DNA of 64,000 nucleotides from Giardia intestinalis (Eukaryota): NCBI GenBank assembly GCA_000002435.2, contig CM018792.1; one strand, 5' to 3'. Shown piece by piece: positions 1 to 7,624 of this stretch (position 1 is its first letter; each line of letters starts with the position of its first letter). The notes under the pieces were generated by a model. It saw only the letters and a program-made list of their open reading frames with translations, ran no database searches and was not told where the DNA came from. The position numbers and the translations under genes were made by a program.

Positions 1-581
1 CTGAAGTGATCAAGTGTGCAGAGCTTCTCTATGTCCATAAGAATAACGCGATCATCTCCATGCATACTAAAATAGTTTCCACCCACGTGCTGCCCAGGCA
101 TTTTGGATTGTGTTACCAGAACCTTATAAGCCTCATCTGTCAAAATCAAATTTCCGCGTCCGTACAACTCAACTATCAAGTATCTTTTCAAGTCGCTGTT
201 ATATCGGCTAAACTCCAGGATGATTACACGATCAAAGTAGAACTGACTGACTCCTGTGCATATCATATTGCATATTTCTGTTCTGAGCCTATTTGAGAAC
301 GCCGTAGGCGGTATCGCCTTGCTCCAGTCAAAGCGTGTAGCATGCATATAAAACCCCGGCTCTATTATGATTGACGGCTTCGAGTATGTATCTATTAGTG
401 TCTGATTCTTTGTTTGGCACTGATCAATGACTGTAGTGGATGCATGAAACCGAAGAAGATAGGTGGTCTTGGAGAGATTTGTAACAGAATTAAGGCGTGT
501 ATTAACCAGAATAGCCGAAAGCTCTTTAGCCAAAACAGCTACATCAAAGGATGACGGGGTAAGTTTACGCGAGACAGACAT
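1..581 (-). CDS. NEMF/Rqc2 (Tae2)-like ribosome quality control protein, N-terminal NFACT-N region; partial, C-terminal part lies beyond the window start
   Basis: I translated the minus strand by hand from ATG (reverse-complement cat at 579-581) with no stop down to position 1. The product begins MSVSRKLTPSSFDVAVLAKELSAILVNTRLNSVTNLSKTTYLLRF...IIEPGFYMHATRFDWSK...LIVELYGRGNLILTD. This tracks the human NEMF N-terminus ([41 protein letters not shown]...IELYDRGNIVLTD). It is absent from the ORF track because it runs off the window edge. Confidence 0.6.
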   Translation of the reverse strand, partial: MSVSRKLTPSSFDVAVLAKELSAILVNTRLNSVTNLSKTTYLLRFHASTTVIDQCQTKNQTLIDTYSKPSIIIEPGFYMHATRFDWSKAIPPTAFSNRLRTEICNMICTGVSQFYFDRVIILEFSRYNSDLKRYLIVELYGRGNLILTDEAYKVLVTQSKMPGQHVGGNYFSMHGDDRVILMDIEKLCTLDHF

Positions 582-589
582 AAATTATC

Positions 590-740
590 TCAATTTTTTA
601 ACACGTTAAGATGTTTGCCTTTGTGCGGGTCGCCAATAGTGCCATTGCACATGTAAGACCATACGGAGACATTAGCTATGTCGGAAGAGAGAAAAGCAGT
701 AGAGGCAAAAGTTTTATTTGCGACAAGAAGGCAGATCAAG
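590..740 (-). pseudogene. 3' portion of a small secreted cysteine-containing protein gene, displaced by the GC-rich insertion; the frame continues from the 5' portion at 4915-5091
   Basis: The ORF 590..778 (-) reads ...GRLICLLVANKTFASTAFLSSDIANVSVWSYMCNGTIGDPHKGKHLNVLKN*. The LIC codons are the direct repeat at 731-740. The sequence downstream of the repeat is AT-normal and is in frame with the 4915-5091 fragment. Confidence 0.45.
731..740. repeat. 10-bp direct repeat GCAGATCAAG, left copy; candidate target-site duplication
   Basis: Exact 10-mer shared with 4915-4924 in the same orientation. The GC-rich block begins at 741 immediately after it. Confidence 0.6.
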
Positions 741-875
741 CGTCCTGAGGGATCCTCTGTCGTCTCCACCTGCTTCACGCCGTGCTCCGGTGGGCTGGCA
801 CTCTGCGGTCGGCTCGAGCGCCTGCGGGCCTAGGTAGTAAATTGCCATCAGCGGGTCCTGCTCGCGGCCGCAGAC

Positions 876-2450
876 CTATTGCCTGGGAGCGGGGAGCTCC
901 ACGTCGCGGCCCTCGAGCCCGGGGGGCACGCGGTCGAGGACGGCGACAGATACGCCGCTCACGCCCTCCTCGCGCAGCGCGCTGGCCAGGCGCTTCCTGA
1001 ACCACTTGGCGGAGCTGGCCTCCTTGCCCTCCCGGTACTTGAAGCAGAAGTAGAGGGTCCCCCCGCCCCCCTCGTCCTGCACGACCCGGCTCAGCAGGTT
1101 CCACCACAGCAGCGGGCGGTCCTCGCCGCACCAGAAGCCCTCGCGCCGCCCGAGATCTCGGTAGGCCTCGGGCAGGTGGGCGACCTCCACGACGGGGCCC
1201 TGGGCCGCCTCTGCAGGGCCCCCGGCGCCGCACCAGACGTCCCCGGGGTCGAGGGCCGCGAGGCCGGAGCAGTCGCCGGGCACGCGCCCCTGGACGGCCC
1301 GGATCCCGACGCCCCGGTCGCGGGCCCTTCTGCAGGCCTCGGCGAACTTCTGCAGGGGCGCGGCGTGCCTGAAGCCGATGTACATCACGTACTCCCCGGC
1401 CTCCTCGCCGTGCAGGACGCGGTCCGGGGGCGTCTTCCCCTTCAGGACCCCCAGCCCCCGGAAGCCGGCCCCCCGGTACGCGTCGGGGATGCCTGTGAGC
1501 CGCACGACGCAGGCCGGGTCGCCGAAGGGCGCGCCCGCCCGGACCTTGGTCCTCGTGGTCCCGTCGTCGGTGTTGAGCACGACGCGCCGCTGGGCCCTCT
1601 TGATGGGCGGCTCGTCTGGAGGCTCTCCCGTCCCATCGGAGGAGCCGGAGAGCTCGACGTCGCTCACGGCGGGCGTCCCATCCACGCGCTCCGACAGCGT
1701 GCGGAGGTCGCGCCCGGGGGCCTCTGCGTATGCGTAGACGCTGCTGCGCCGGAGGGCCGGCCCCACGAGGAAGTTCCGCTGGCAGACGGAGTAGGCGCAG
1801 AGGCACGCGGCGTGGGCGGTGGGGAAGCGGGCCGCATAGCCCCGCAGCGCCCGCGCGCCCTCCCCGAGGACGAACTCGGAGAGGGAGACGCCCTCGGCGA
1901 AGACCGCGAGGTCTGCCAGCAGGCCGTCCCCGGACCCGGGGGCGCGGGGCACGACCCAGAGCGTGCCGTGGGCCTCGTGGGACTGCGGGAGGGACGAGAG
2001 GGCGCCGAGGCTGCTGAGCGAGACCTCGACCAGGGAGCCCGCGATGGCGCCCGCGGCCGGCAGGGGGGTGCGCGGCGGCTCGCAGGCCGGCTTCTCTGCA
2101 TCCCCACCGGGCCCGTACCGCTCGAGCAGCCGGCGCTCCCTCGGGTCGAGCGGGCGGCTCCCCCGGGCCTCGGCCTCCCGGCGGCCCCTCGCCACGCCGT
2201 CCCCCAGCGCCGCGGCCCGCCCCTCCTCGACGCACAGGCTCCTCTGGATGGTGTCGGCCAGGACGTCCGGGTCCCCCGTGAGCTCCAGGGTGCGGGCCGC
2301 CAGCCCGAAGAACGCCAGAAAGGTCCTCTGCTCGAGGCGCACGTTCACACTCAGCATGCATTTACGGACCCGGGCGGCGTACAGCGCGTGCGCCCCGTCC
2401 CCTGGCACGGCCGGCGGGGAGAGGGCGGCACCGGCGGGGCCCGCGGACAT
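876..2450 (-). CDS. Element ORF2, 524 aa, no domain recognised
   Basis: ATG at 2448-2450 in the context cttaaaATG, stop at 876-878. On the plus strand, first codon positions are almost all G or C, so the minus strand carries near-saturated GC3 and is the sense strand. The amino-acid composition is protein-like, e.g. TLYFCFKYREGKEASSAKWFRKRL. Confidence 0.5.
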   Translation of the reverse strand: MSAGPAGAALSPPAVPGDGAHALYAARVRKCMLSVNVRLEQRTFLAFFGLAARTLELTGDPDVLADTIQRSLCVEEGRAAALGDGVARGRREAEARGSRPLDPRERRLLERYGPGGDAEKPACEPPRTPLPAAGAIAGSLVEVSLSSLGALSSLPQSHEAHGTLWVVPRAPGSGDGLLADLAVFAEGVSLSEFVLGEGARALRGYAARFPTAHAACLCAYSVCQRNFLVGPALRRSSVYAYAEAPGRDLRTLSERVDGTPAVSDVELSGSSDGTGEPPDEPPIKRAQRRVVLNTDDGTTRTKVRAGAPFGDPACVVRLTGIPDAYRGAGFRGLGVLKGKTPPDRVLHGEEAGEYVMYIGFRHAAPLQKFAEACRRARDRGVGIRAVQGRVPGDCSGLAALDPGDVWCGAGGPAEAAQGPVVEVAHLPEAYRDLGRREGFWCGEDRPLLWWNLLSRVVQDEGGGGTLYFCFKYREGKEASSAKWFRKRLASALREEGVSGVSVAVLDRVPPGLEGRDVELPAPRQ

Positions 2451-2462
2451 TTTAAGGAGGGC

Positions 2463-4781
2463 CTATGCCCCCAGAATGCCGCACTTCATGGCCAGCGACG
2501 CGTGCGGGAACTCGTCCCCGTCGGCGACCACGCGGTGGTTCGTCACCGTCGCGACCCCGAACGGGACGAGGTCCGACGTGATGACCTGGCCGTTGCTCCG
2601 CAGCCGGACCAGGCAGGACAGCCCGGAGGCGCCGAACGCCCCCGCGCAGATCTGCGCCCACTTGGCCGCGTCGCTGACGGGGAGGCAGACGTCCGGGAGC
2701 CCGACGGCCCGGAACCCGTTCGCCAGCAGGACGTGGATGAGGGGCTCCTCCCTGTTCGCGCTGTCTCGCAGGGTGAACGCACCGTTCAGGCTGCAGAGGC
2801 TGTGCTCCAGCAGGCCGCAGACAGAGGCGATCCGCTCCCGCGAGATCGGGAGGGCCAGGTAGAGCGGGCCGGCGGGCGGGGCGCTGGCCAGCTCGGAGAG
2901 CGAGCGGATGTCCGCCAGCCGGCCCTGGGCCCTCCTCGGCGCAGAGGGGTCGGGGGGCGTCTGCGCCGCGAGCCGGAGGTAGTCCAGCAGCCCCAGCTCC
3001 GCGACGGACGAAAAGTAGTACTGGAGGCGCAGGAGCCGGCAGCCGAGCACGAACCTCCGCGCAGCGCGGGGCGCCGCCAGGAGCCGCCGGAGGAGGTGGC
3101 CGTAGAAGGCAGAGCCGTCGTCGCAGTAGAGCCCCGGCGCCCTGCCGGAGGCGAGCAGCAGGGGGCTCCGCCTCGAGGGGAGGATCTTCTCGGCGCGCGG
3201 GGCGGGGAGCCTCTGGAGGTGCGGCACCGCGGAGAGAGAGGCGACGAAGCAGCCGCCCTCGACGTCATCGGCCAGGAGGTTGACGACGCAGAGGGGCCTC
3301 CCCGTGGCGGCGCAGAACTGCTGCAGCGCAAGGCAGCCGGAGCCCGGGTCTGCGGAGAGCACCTGGGACGAGGCGTCGAGGTGGAGCCGCGGCACGTAGA
3401 GCGGCCTGCCGCACCGTTGGCACGCCCTCCCGCGAGAGACGGGCTCCGAAGAAGGCTCCGCGCCGCCCTGGCCGTCCTCTGCCTGTCTGCCGGTGTGTCC
3501 GGGCGGGTCCGGGGCCGCGCTGTAGAGCACGTTGAAGGCCGAAACCGCCGGCCTGTGCTCCAGGAGGAGCGTGCAGGGGGAGCCCGCGCAGGTGCAGTAG
3601 GCGACGTCCAGGGGCGTGTGGGCGGCGCGGGCCCTGAAGAGCTGCCGCCTGTGCTCGGGAAGCAGCGCGGCGACGGTGTCGTCCAGCAGCCGGGCCAGCG
3701 GGTACGGGCCGAGGTAGGCGATCCTGAAGTCGGCGCAGCAGAGGTTGCTCAGGACCAGGTTCACGAACCGCGCGCCCTCCCTGCGGTAGACGTTGAGGAG
3801 CCGCGAGGCCGCCCGGTGCTGCTCCTCCGTGTAGCGCAGCACGCAGTACCTGCAGGCGGCCTGGCCTCCCGGGGGCCGGATGCCCTGCGAGGCCGGCTCC
3901 AGCCTCAGGTAGTGGCCCGCAACGACGTCCTGCTCCAGCGCGCGGAGGTGCGAGCGCAGGTCCTGCTCGGACGCGAAGGAGAGCAGCGTGGCGCCGAGGC
4001 CCGCGGGGGCGGGGGGAGCAAGGGCGTCTGCGAGCCCCGGCGCCGGACTGCCCCCGTACTCGGCCTGGAGGTCGCGGAAGGCGCCCGGGAGAGGAGGGGG
4101 CTGCAGGGGGCTCGACGGCCGGGCGGCGGGCAGGCTACGGGGCGGCGCGAGCTGCGAGAGGGAGCAGAGAAGGTGGTGGATCTCCTGGGAGACGAGGTCC
4201 CTCACCGCGGCCACGGTCCCGGGGCGGAGGCCGCGGAGGTGGCCCTCGACGCTGGCGAGGAAGCTCCGGGCCAGGTTGTTCGCGGCGCCGTACAGCCCCC
4301 CGCCCAATGCCCCGGCCGCGAAGAGCAGGGAGACGGCGTACGAGTGGGGCCCCGGGCTGTGCTGCAGGTGCTCGGAGAGGGGAAACGCCCGGGCGGCGCC
4401 GACGTCAAAGTTGTGCACCTCGTTGAAGAGGAACTCGTTCACGCGGTCGTGCACGGACGGGGCCCTGGAGGGCGGGGCGGGCCCCAGCAGGCGCGGCCGG
4501 GCCGGGCGGGGGAGCGAGCACAGGGTTCCGACGTAGACGCTGCCGGCCGCCCCCGTGGCCCCGAGCTCCTTCACCCGCCAGAGCCCGGGGCGCGCGCTCC
4601 CCGCCAGCGCGAGCTCGTCGTCGAAGGCGAGCTTGATGGCCTGGGCCGTCTTGCGCAGGTCCTCCTCGGCCAGGCGGCGGCTGCGGCTCACCCAGCACCA
4701 GACCGGGACGGGGACCGCCGAGACGCTTATGGAGAGCTGGACCTCCTCGACAAGGCCGGTGTCGATGAACGCATAGCGCAT
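2463..4781 (-). CDS. Element ORF1, 772 aa, no domain recognised; contains two CxxC pairs and a YCDD tetrapeptide
   Basis: ATG at 4779-4781 preceded by ccataaaatac..., stop at 2463-2465. It is tandem with ORF2, 13 bp apart. It shows the same extreme GC3 signature on the minus strand. Confidence 0.5.
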   Translation of the reverse strand: MRYAFIDTGLVEEVQLSISVSAVPVPVWCWVSRSRRLAEEDLRKTAQAIKLAFDDELALAGSARPGLWRVKELGATGAAGSVYVGTLCSLPRPARPRLLGPAPPSRAPSVHDRVNEFLFNEVHNFDVGAARAFPLSEHLQHSPGPHSYAVSLLFAAGALGGGLYGAANNLARSFLASVEGHLRGLRPGTVAAVRDLVSQEIHHLLCSLSQLAPPRSLPAARPSSPLQPPPLPGAFRDLQAEYGGSPAPGLADALAPPAPAGLGATLLSFASEQDLRSHLRALEQDVVAGHYLRLEPASQGIRPPGGQAACRYCVLRYTEEQHRAASRLLNVYRREGARFVNLVLSNLCCADFRIAYLGPYPLARLLDDTVAALLPEHRRQLFRARAAHTPLDVAYCTCAGSPCTLLLEHRPAVSAFNVLYSAAPDPPGHTGRQAEDGQGGAEPSSEPVSRGRACQRCGRPLYVPRLHLDASSQVLSADPGSGCLALQQFCAATGRPLCVVNLLADDVEGGCFVASLSAVPHLQRLPAPRAEKILPSRRSPLLLASGRAPGLYCDDGSAFYGHLLRRLLAAPRAARRFVLGCRLLRLQYYFSSVAELGLLDYLRLAAQTPPDPSAPRRAQGRLADIRSLSELASAPPAGPLYLALPISRERIASVCGLLEHSLCSLNGAFTLRDSANREEPLIHVLLANGFRAVGLPDVCLPVSDAAKWAQICAGAFGASGLSCLVRLRSNGQVITSDLVPFGVATVTNHRVVADGDEFPHASLAMKCGILGA

Positions 4782-4914
4782 GCCCGCGGCCGCCGAAGTA
4801 TTTTATGGAAAGCTCCCGGGCCGGCCGGGCTCCCGGGCGGGCGGTGTGGGCAGGCTGCCTTTCTATCCGCTAGCTGGAGCGCACCCAGAGGCGCCGCAGC
4901 AAGACAGCGCGGAT

Positions 4915-4924
4915 GCAGATCAAG
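4915..4924. repeat. 10-bp direct repeat GCAGATCAAG, right copy; candidate target-site duplication
   Basis: Exact copy of 731-740. The GC-rich block ends at 4914. Confidence 0.6.
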
Positions 4925-5091
4925 TCGTTCACTGTGGAAGGACACCGAGAATAGTGCTCAACGCAGTGTGTATCTGAGTTCCTGTCGCACTTCTTTGTAT
5001 CAGTGTTGAGGGTGTAGCCCGGGAAGCATGTGTCCTTCCCGCTGTCCTTTGCCAGCACGGTTGCACAAACTAGGAGAAATCCTACCAACAT
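4915..5091 (-). pseudogene. 5' portion of the interrupted small secreted cysteine-containing protein gene: signal peptide plus Cys-containing N-terminus
   Basis: ATG at 5089-5091 (ctaATG) gives MLVGFLLVCATVLAKDSGKDTCFPGYTLNTDTKKCDRNSDTHCVEHYSRCPSTVNDLIC. Homology to a secreted protein ends exactly at the repeat. The reading frame then runs into element sequence (IRAVLLRRLWVRSS*). Confidence 0.45.
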
Positions 5092-5759
5092 TAGCCGGAG
5101 TACACGTGCCACTGCTCTTCCGTCAGGCTGATGTGTTGCCGCGAGCAGTGAGAGACAGCCGCTCTTGCTCTCCTTGACCAGTTGTACTAGAGAAGAACGA
5201 GATAAGAGCACACCCACCGGAGGCCAGCTGATGGCACGATTCCCCCTGGCTTCGATAGGAACAGGATGAGTGGGGGTCAGATTCAGACCGTGCCTCTCTT
5301 GTGGAGTGATTGTTTGGGATGCATTCCTATACATTGCTGTCGCTGTGCTCGTCGGCTTCCTCTGCAGAGGCAGGCATCTCGGTAATAAACGCGTCATTGG
5401 TGAGTTCTACTGATAGCGCCTAGATGTCATTAGTCCACGAATGTCCTGTTAATCATCCCAGAGAGCATGCCCTAAAATGTGACTTGCTTGGGCTCTGGCA
5501 GAATTGTGAATAAGCCAACTTAAACGTGTAAGTTTGTGCTATTGAAATTAGGAAAGAAGCGGTTCTCTTTCTCTAGCGAAGGACTAATAGAGAGCAAACC
5601 TCTAACTCTGCATATTGACAAAAGATTAAGAGTGATTCATAGCCTCGAAGATCAAAGCAAATGCCACAGTAGATACAATCTGATAATTTACTTTGCTATA
5701 CAAACTATCAATAGTTGGAGTACTAAATTCTACAAAAAGTGAAGGAGTACAGCACGAGA

Positions 5760-6725
5760 TTAGGCCTCCTGATCAACTGGAAGAGCACTATCTGCTGGTT
5801 GCTCATTAGCTGACTCGATCTGAGACTGGTTACTAACATCTTCCAATTGCTCCCTAGGTATCTGGGGCTTATCTGCATCGACCTGGGGAGGATGGCTAGT
5901 CGTGACTGGACATGAATTTTCAGGGGATCTGGGGGATTCAAGGCCTCCTTCAGCCTGCATTAGAGGATCCGGAAGAGAGGCCACATACGCTGCAAATGCC
6001 TCCATAATGGATACTGACTTGTCAGACTTGGCACGTTGATCAAGCGCAGCAGAAAGGCTGCTTACCTCTGCGTTGAGCTTGATGAAGTAGTCACCCATGC
6101 AACTGGTTAACTCGGCAATGAGGCTCATTGTAGTCCAGTCGATCTTCTCGAGGCTCGCGTGCTGATTAGCCATATGTTCCTTGTATGCTGTCTCGTCCAC
6201 CTCCCAAGAGCGCTTCAACTTCTGCATTTTAGCTGTTGTTTGCGATATTGCTTTAACCATCTTGTTTCCGCTAGAGCCTAGTTTCATATTCAAGATATCA
6301 AAGTCCAAATCATCGTACTGGCGCTTCTTCAAAAGGATTCCTTGTCGTTCCTTGTCAAGCTTTGTCATGCACCCACTCACAGTACGAAATGGCTTAACAA
6401 CACGCTCCTGAAAGCTCTGAGCGAGGTTGGCTACCGTAGAAACCAAGCCAGTATTGAGCGTGTTGACCGCTGAGATGAAGTCCTCGAGACTCTTAACATA
6501 GGGAGCACACTCAAAAGGTAAGAGATCCGGGCTTGGTGGGTTGCGCGACTTCAGGAGGGCCTTCTGCAGGTTCTTGGCAAACCCTTGGCCGATGACTCTC
6601 AAGTGTACAGAGAGCTTCTGGATCCACTCGAAGTTGTCGATGAGCTCATCAATACGTATCATCTCTGCGCGCTCGTAGAGGCGCACCTTGTTGGAGAAGT
6701 CGAAGTCAGGTTTAACCACGTCCAT
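5760..6725 (-). CDS. Hypothetical coiled-coil protein, possibly BAR-domain-like, 321 aa
   Basis: ORF-track ORF 5760..6749 starts at TTG. The first ATG is at 6723-6725 in the context ttaaaaATG, giving MDVVKPDFDF...; the sequence is helical and charged. Confidence 0.5.
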   Translation of the reverse strand: MDVVKPDFDFSNKVRLYERAEMIRIDELIDNFEWIQKLSVHLRVIGQGFAKNLQKALLKSRNPPSPDLLPFECAPYVKSLEDFISAVNTLNTGLVSTVANLAQSFQERVVKPFRTVSGCMTKLDKERQGILLKKRQYDDLDFDILNMKLGSSGNKMVKAISQTTAKMQKLKRSWEVDETAYKEHMANQHASLEKIDWTTMSLIAELTSCMGDYFIKLNAEVSSLSAALDQRAKSDKSVSIMEAFAAYVASLPDPLMQAEGGLESPRSPENSCPVTTSHPPQVDADKPQIPREQLEDVSNQSQIESANEQPADSALPVDQEA

Positions 6726-6913
6726 TTTTAAAAGCACTTTAAGACACAACTAAATCAGACAACTTCACAATGGGCTGTGGCTGGCATCAGATTGTGCTAA
6801 AACAATTGGACTCTGTCTGCGTCTCATACCTACTCTCTGGAGCAACACCCCCAAAAAGTTTACAATCAAAACGTCTGAAAAACTGCTAAAATTGGAATCC
6901 TTAATTTACCCAT

Positions 6914-7579
6914 TTAATGGGCTTTCCCCTCTGCGCTCTCCTCGTCCGCGGCTATTAGAACTTGCTGGACATTTCGCTTCCCCATCTTAACTAAGAAAAA
7001 TGTCAATCCCAAAATTCCTGTTACAAGAGAAATTCCGGCCATTTTTTCAAATGTAGCTTTATCGGAGTCAAGGATGATTATCTTCCGTGCGACCGCAGTT
7101 ATCGCGACTAAAATGATTATTTCTACATGAGCATCTGATGTTTCTATGTGCACAGCCACGCTCTGCATCAGCTCAAGTCCAATGAGGACATAAAAGAATG
7201 AACTAAAAAGGCTTCCATACTGGGATGTCCCAAATATGAGATTTGGCGGTGTTGCAAAGCTGTTATACAGGGAGTACCCGCACTCTATAAGGGACGTCAA
7301 AATGAATATAGCTAACAACAGTGCCAAAATAACTATGACGTACTTTTCAAAGATGAGCATGGCGACAATGTACCGCTTCAAAAACTGGTTAGAACATGAT
7401 TCTCTCCGATTAGCTATCTCTGCTGACTCCTGTGCTATCGTCGGCTTTTGCTCCGGCATGTCCGCTGGCAAGAAAACGCCTCTATCGAGAGCGATAGACC
7501 GCCGCGTTGCAGAGGGCTGCATGGCTACAATACCAAAGTTAGCTTTACTGGGTACAGAGGCCAAGTTGTCGCCATTCAT
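6914..7579 (-). CDS. Multi-pass membrane protein, 221 aa, unknown function
   Basis: ATG in the context aaaaATG. Several hydrophobic helices, e.g. IVILALLLAIFILTSLI and ISLVTGILGLTFFLV. Confidence 0.5.
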   Translation of the reverse strand: MNGDNLASVPSKANFGIVAMQPSATRRSIALDRGVFLPADMPEQKPTIAQESAEIANRRESCSNQFLKRYIVAMLIFEKYVIVILALLLAIFILTSLIECGYSLYNSFATPPNLIFGTSQYGSLFSSFFYVLIGLELMQSVAVHIETSDAHVEIIILVAITAVARKIIILDSDKATFEKMAGISLVTGILGLTFFLVKMGKRNVQQVLIAADEESAEGKAH

Positions 7580-7624
7580 TTTTAAATCTTGACGGTGAAA
7601 CTTGTCTTGCTACAAGCAGAATGG

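Larger units (their letters stand above)
741..4914 (-). mobile_element. 4,174-bp GC-rich (~72% GC) insertion element carrying two tandem ORFs, bounded by a 10-bp direct repeat; class unknown
   Basis: Composition switches sharply at both repeat copies. Two co-oriented ORFs run 4781->2463 and 2450->876 with 13 bp between them. A host ORF is interrupted in frame. A 104-bp homologous fragment lies at 45265-45368. No terminal inverted repeats or poly(A) tail were found by eye. Confidence 0.55.

Noticed and set aside
6-296. 96-aa plus-strand ORF at the window start
   Set aside because: It is antisense to the well-supported NEMF/Rqc2 coding sequence and has no coding features of its own.
775-3331. 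Additional long ORFs in other frames of the island (775..2361-, 1664..2107-, 1730..2017+, 1963..2862+, 2786..3331- and others)
   Set aside because: Stop codons are rare in every frame at ~72% GC. The products are Arg/Pro/Gly-rich low complexity. Only the 876..2450 and 2463..4781 minus frames are tandem, ATG-initiated in A-rich contexts and protein-like.
2463-4781. Reading YCDD and SPLLL in ORF1 as reverse-transcriptase motifs C and B
   Set aside because: The spacing is wrong: SPLL to YCDD is about 10 residues, against 25-40 in known RTs. No convincing motif A, motif 1/2, or endonuclease or zinc-knuckle arrangement is present.
741-4914. The possibility that the GC-rich block is an rDNA unit (Giardia rRNA genes are very GC-rich)
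   Set aside because: I found no universal SSU or LSU motifs (e.g. GTACACACCGCCCGTC, or GATCATTA preceded by CCTGCGGAAGG) on either strand. The block also shows strict 3-nt periodicity with two tandem ATG-to-stop ORFs, which rRNA would not.
879-5009. 1376-aa plus-strand ORF spanning the whole GC-rich island
   Set aside because: It shares triplet boundaries with the two minus-strand genes, and its first codon positions are almost all G or C, so it is the stop-free mirror of GC3-saturated sense codons. The product is low-complexity G/A/P/R/E-rich.
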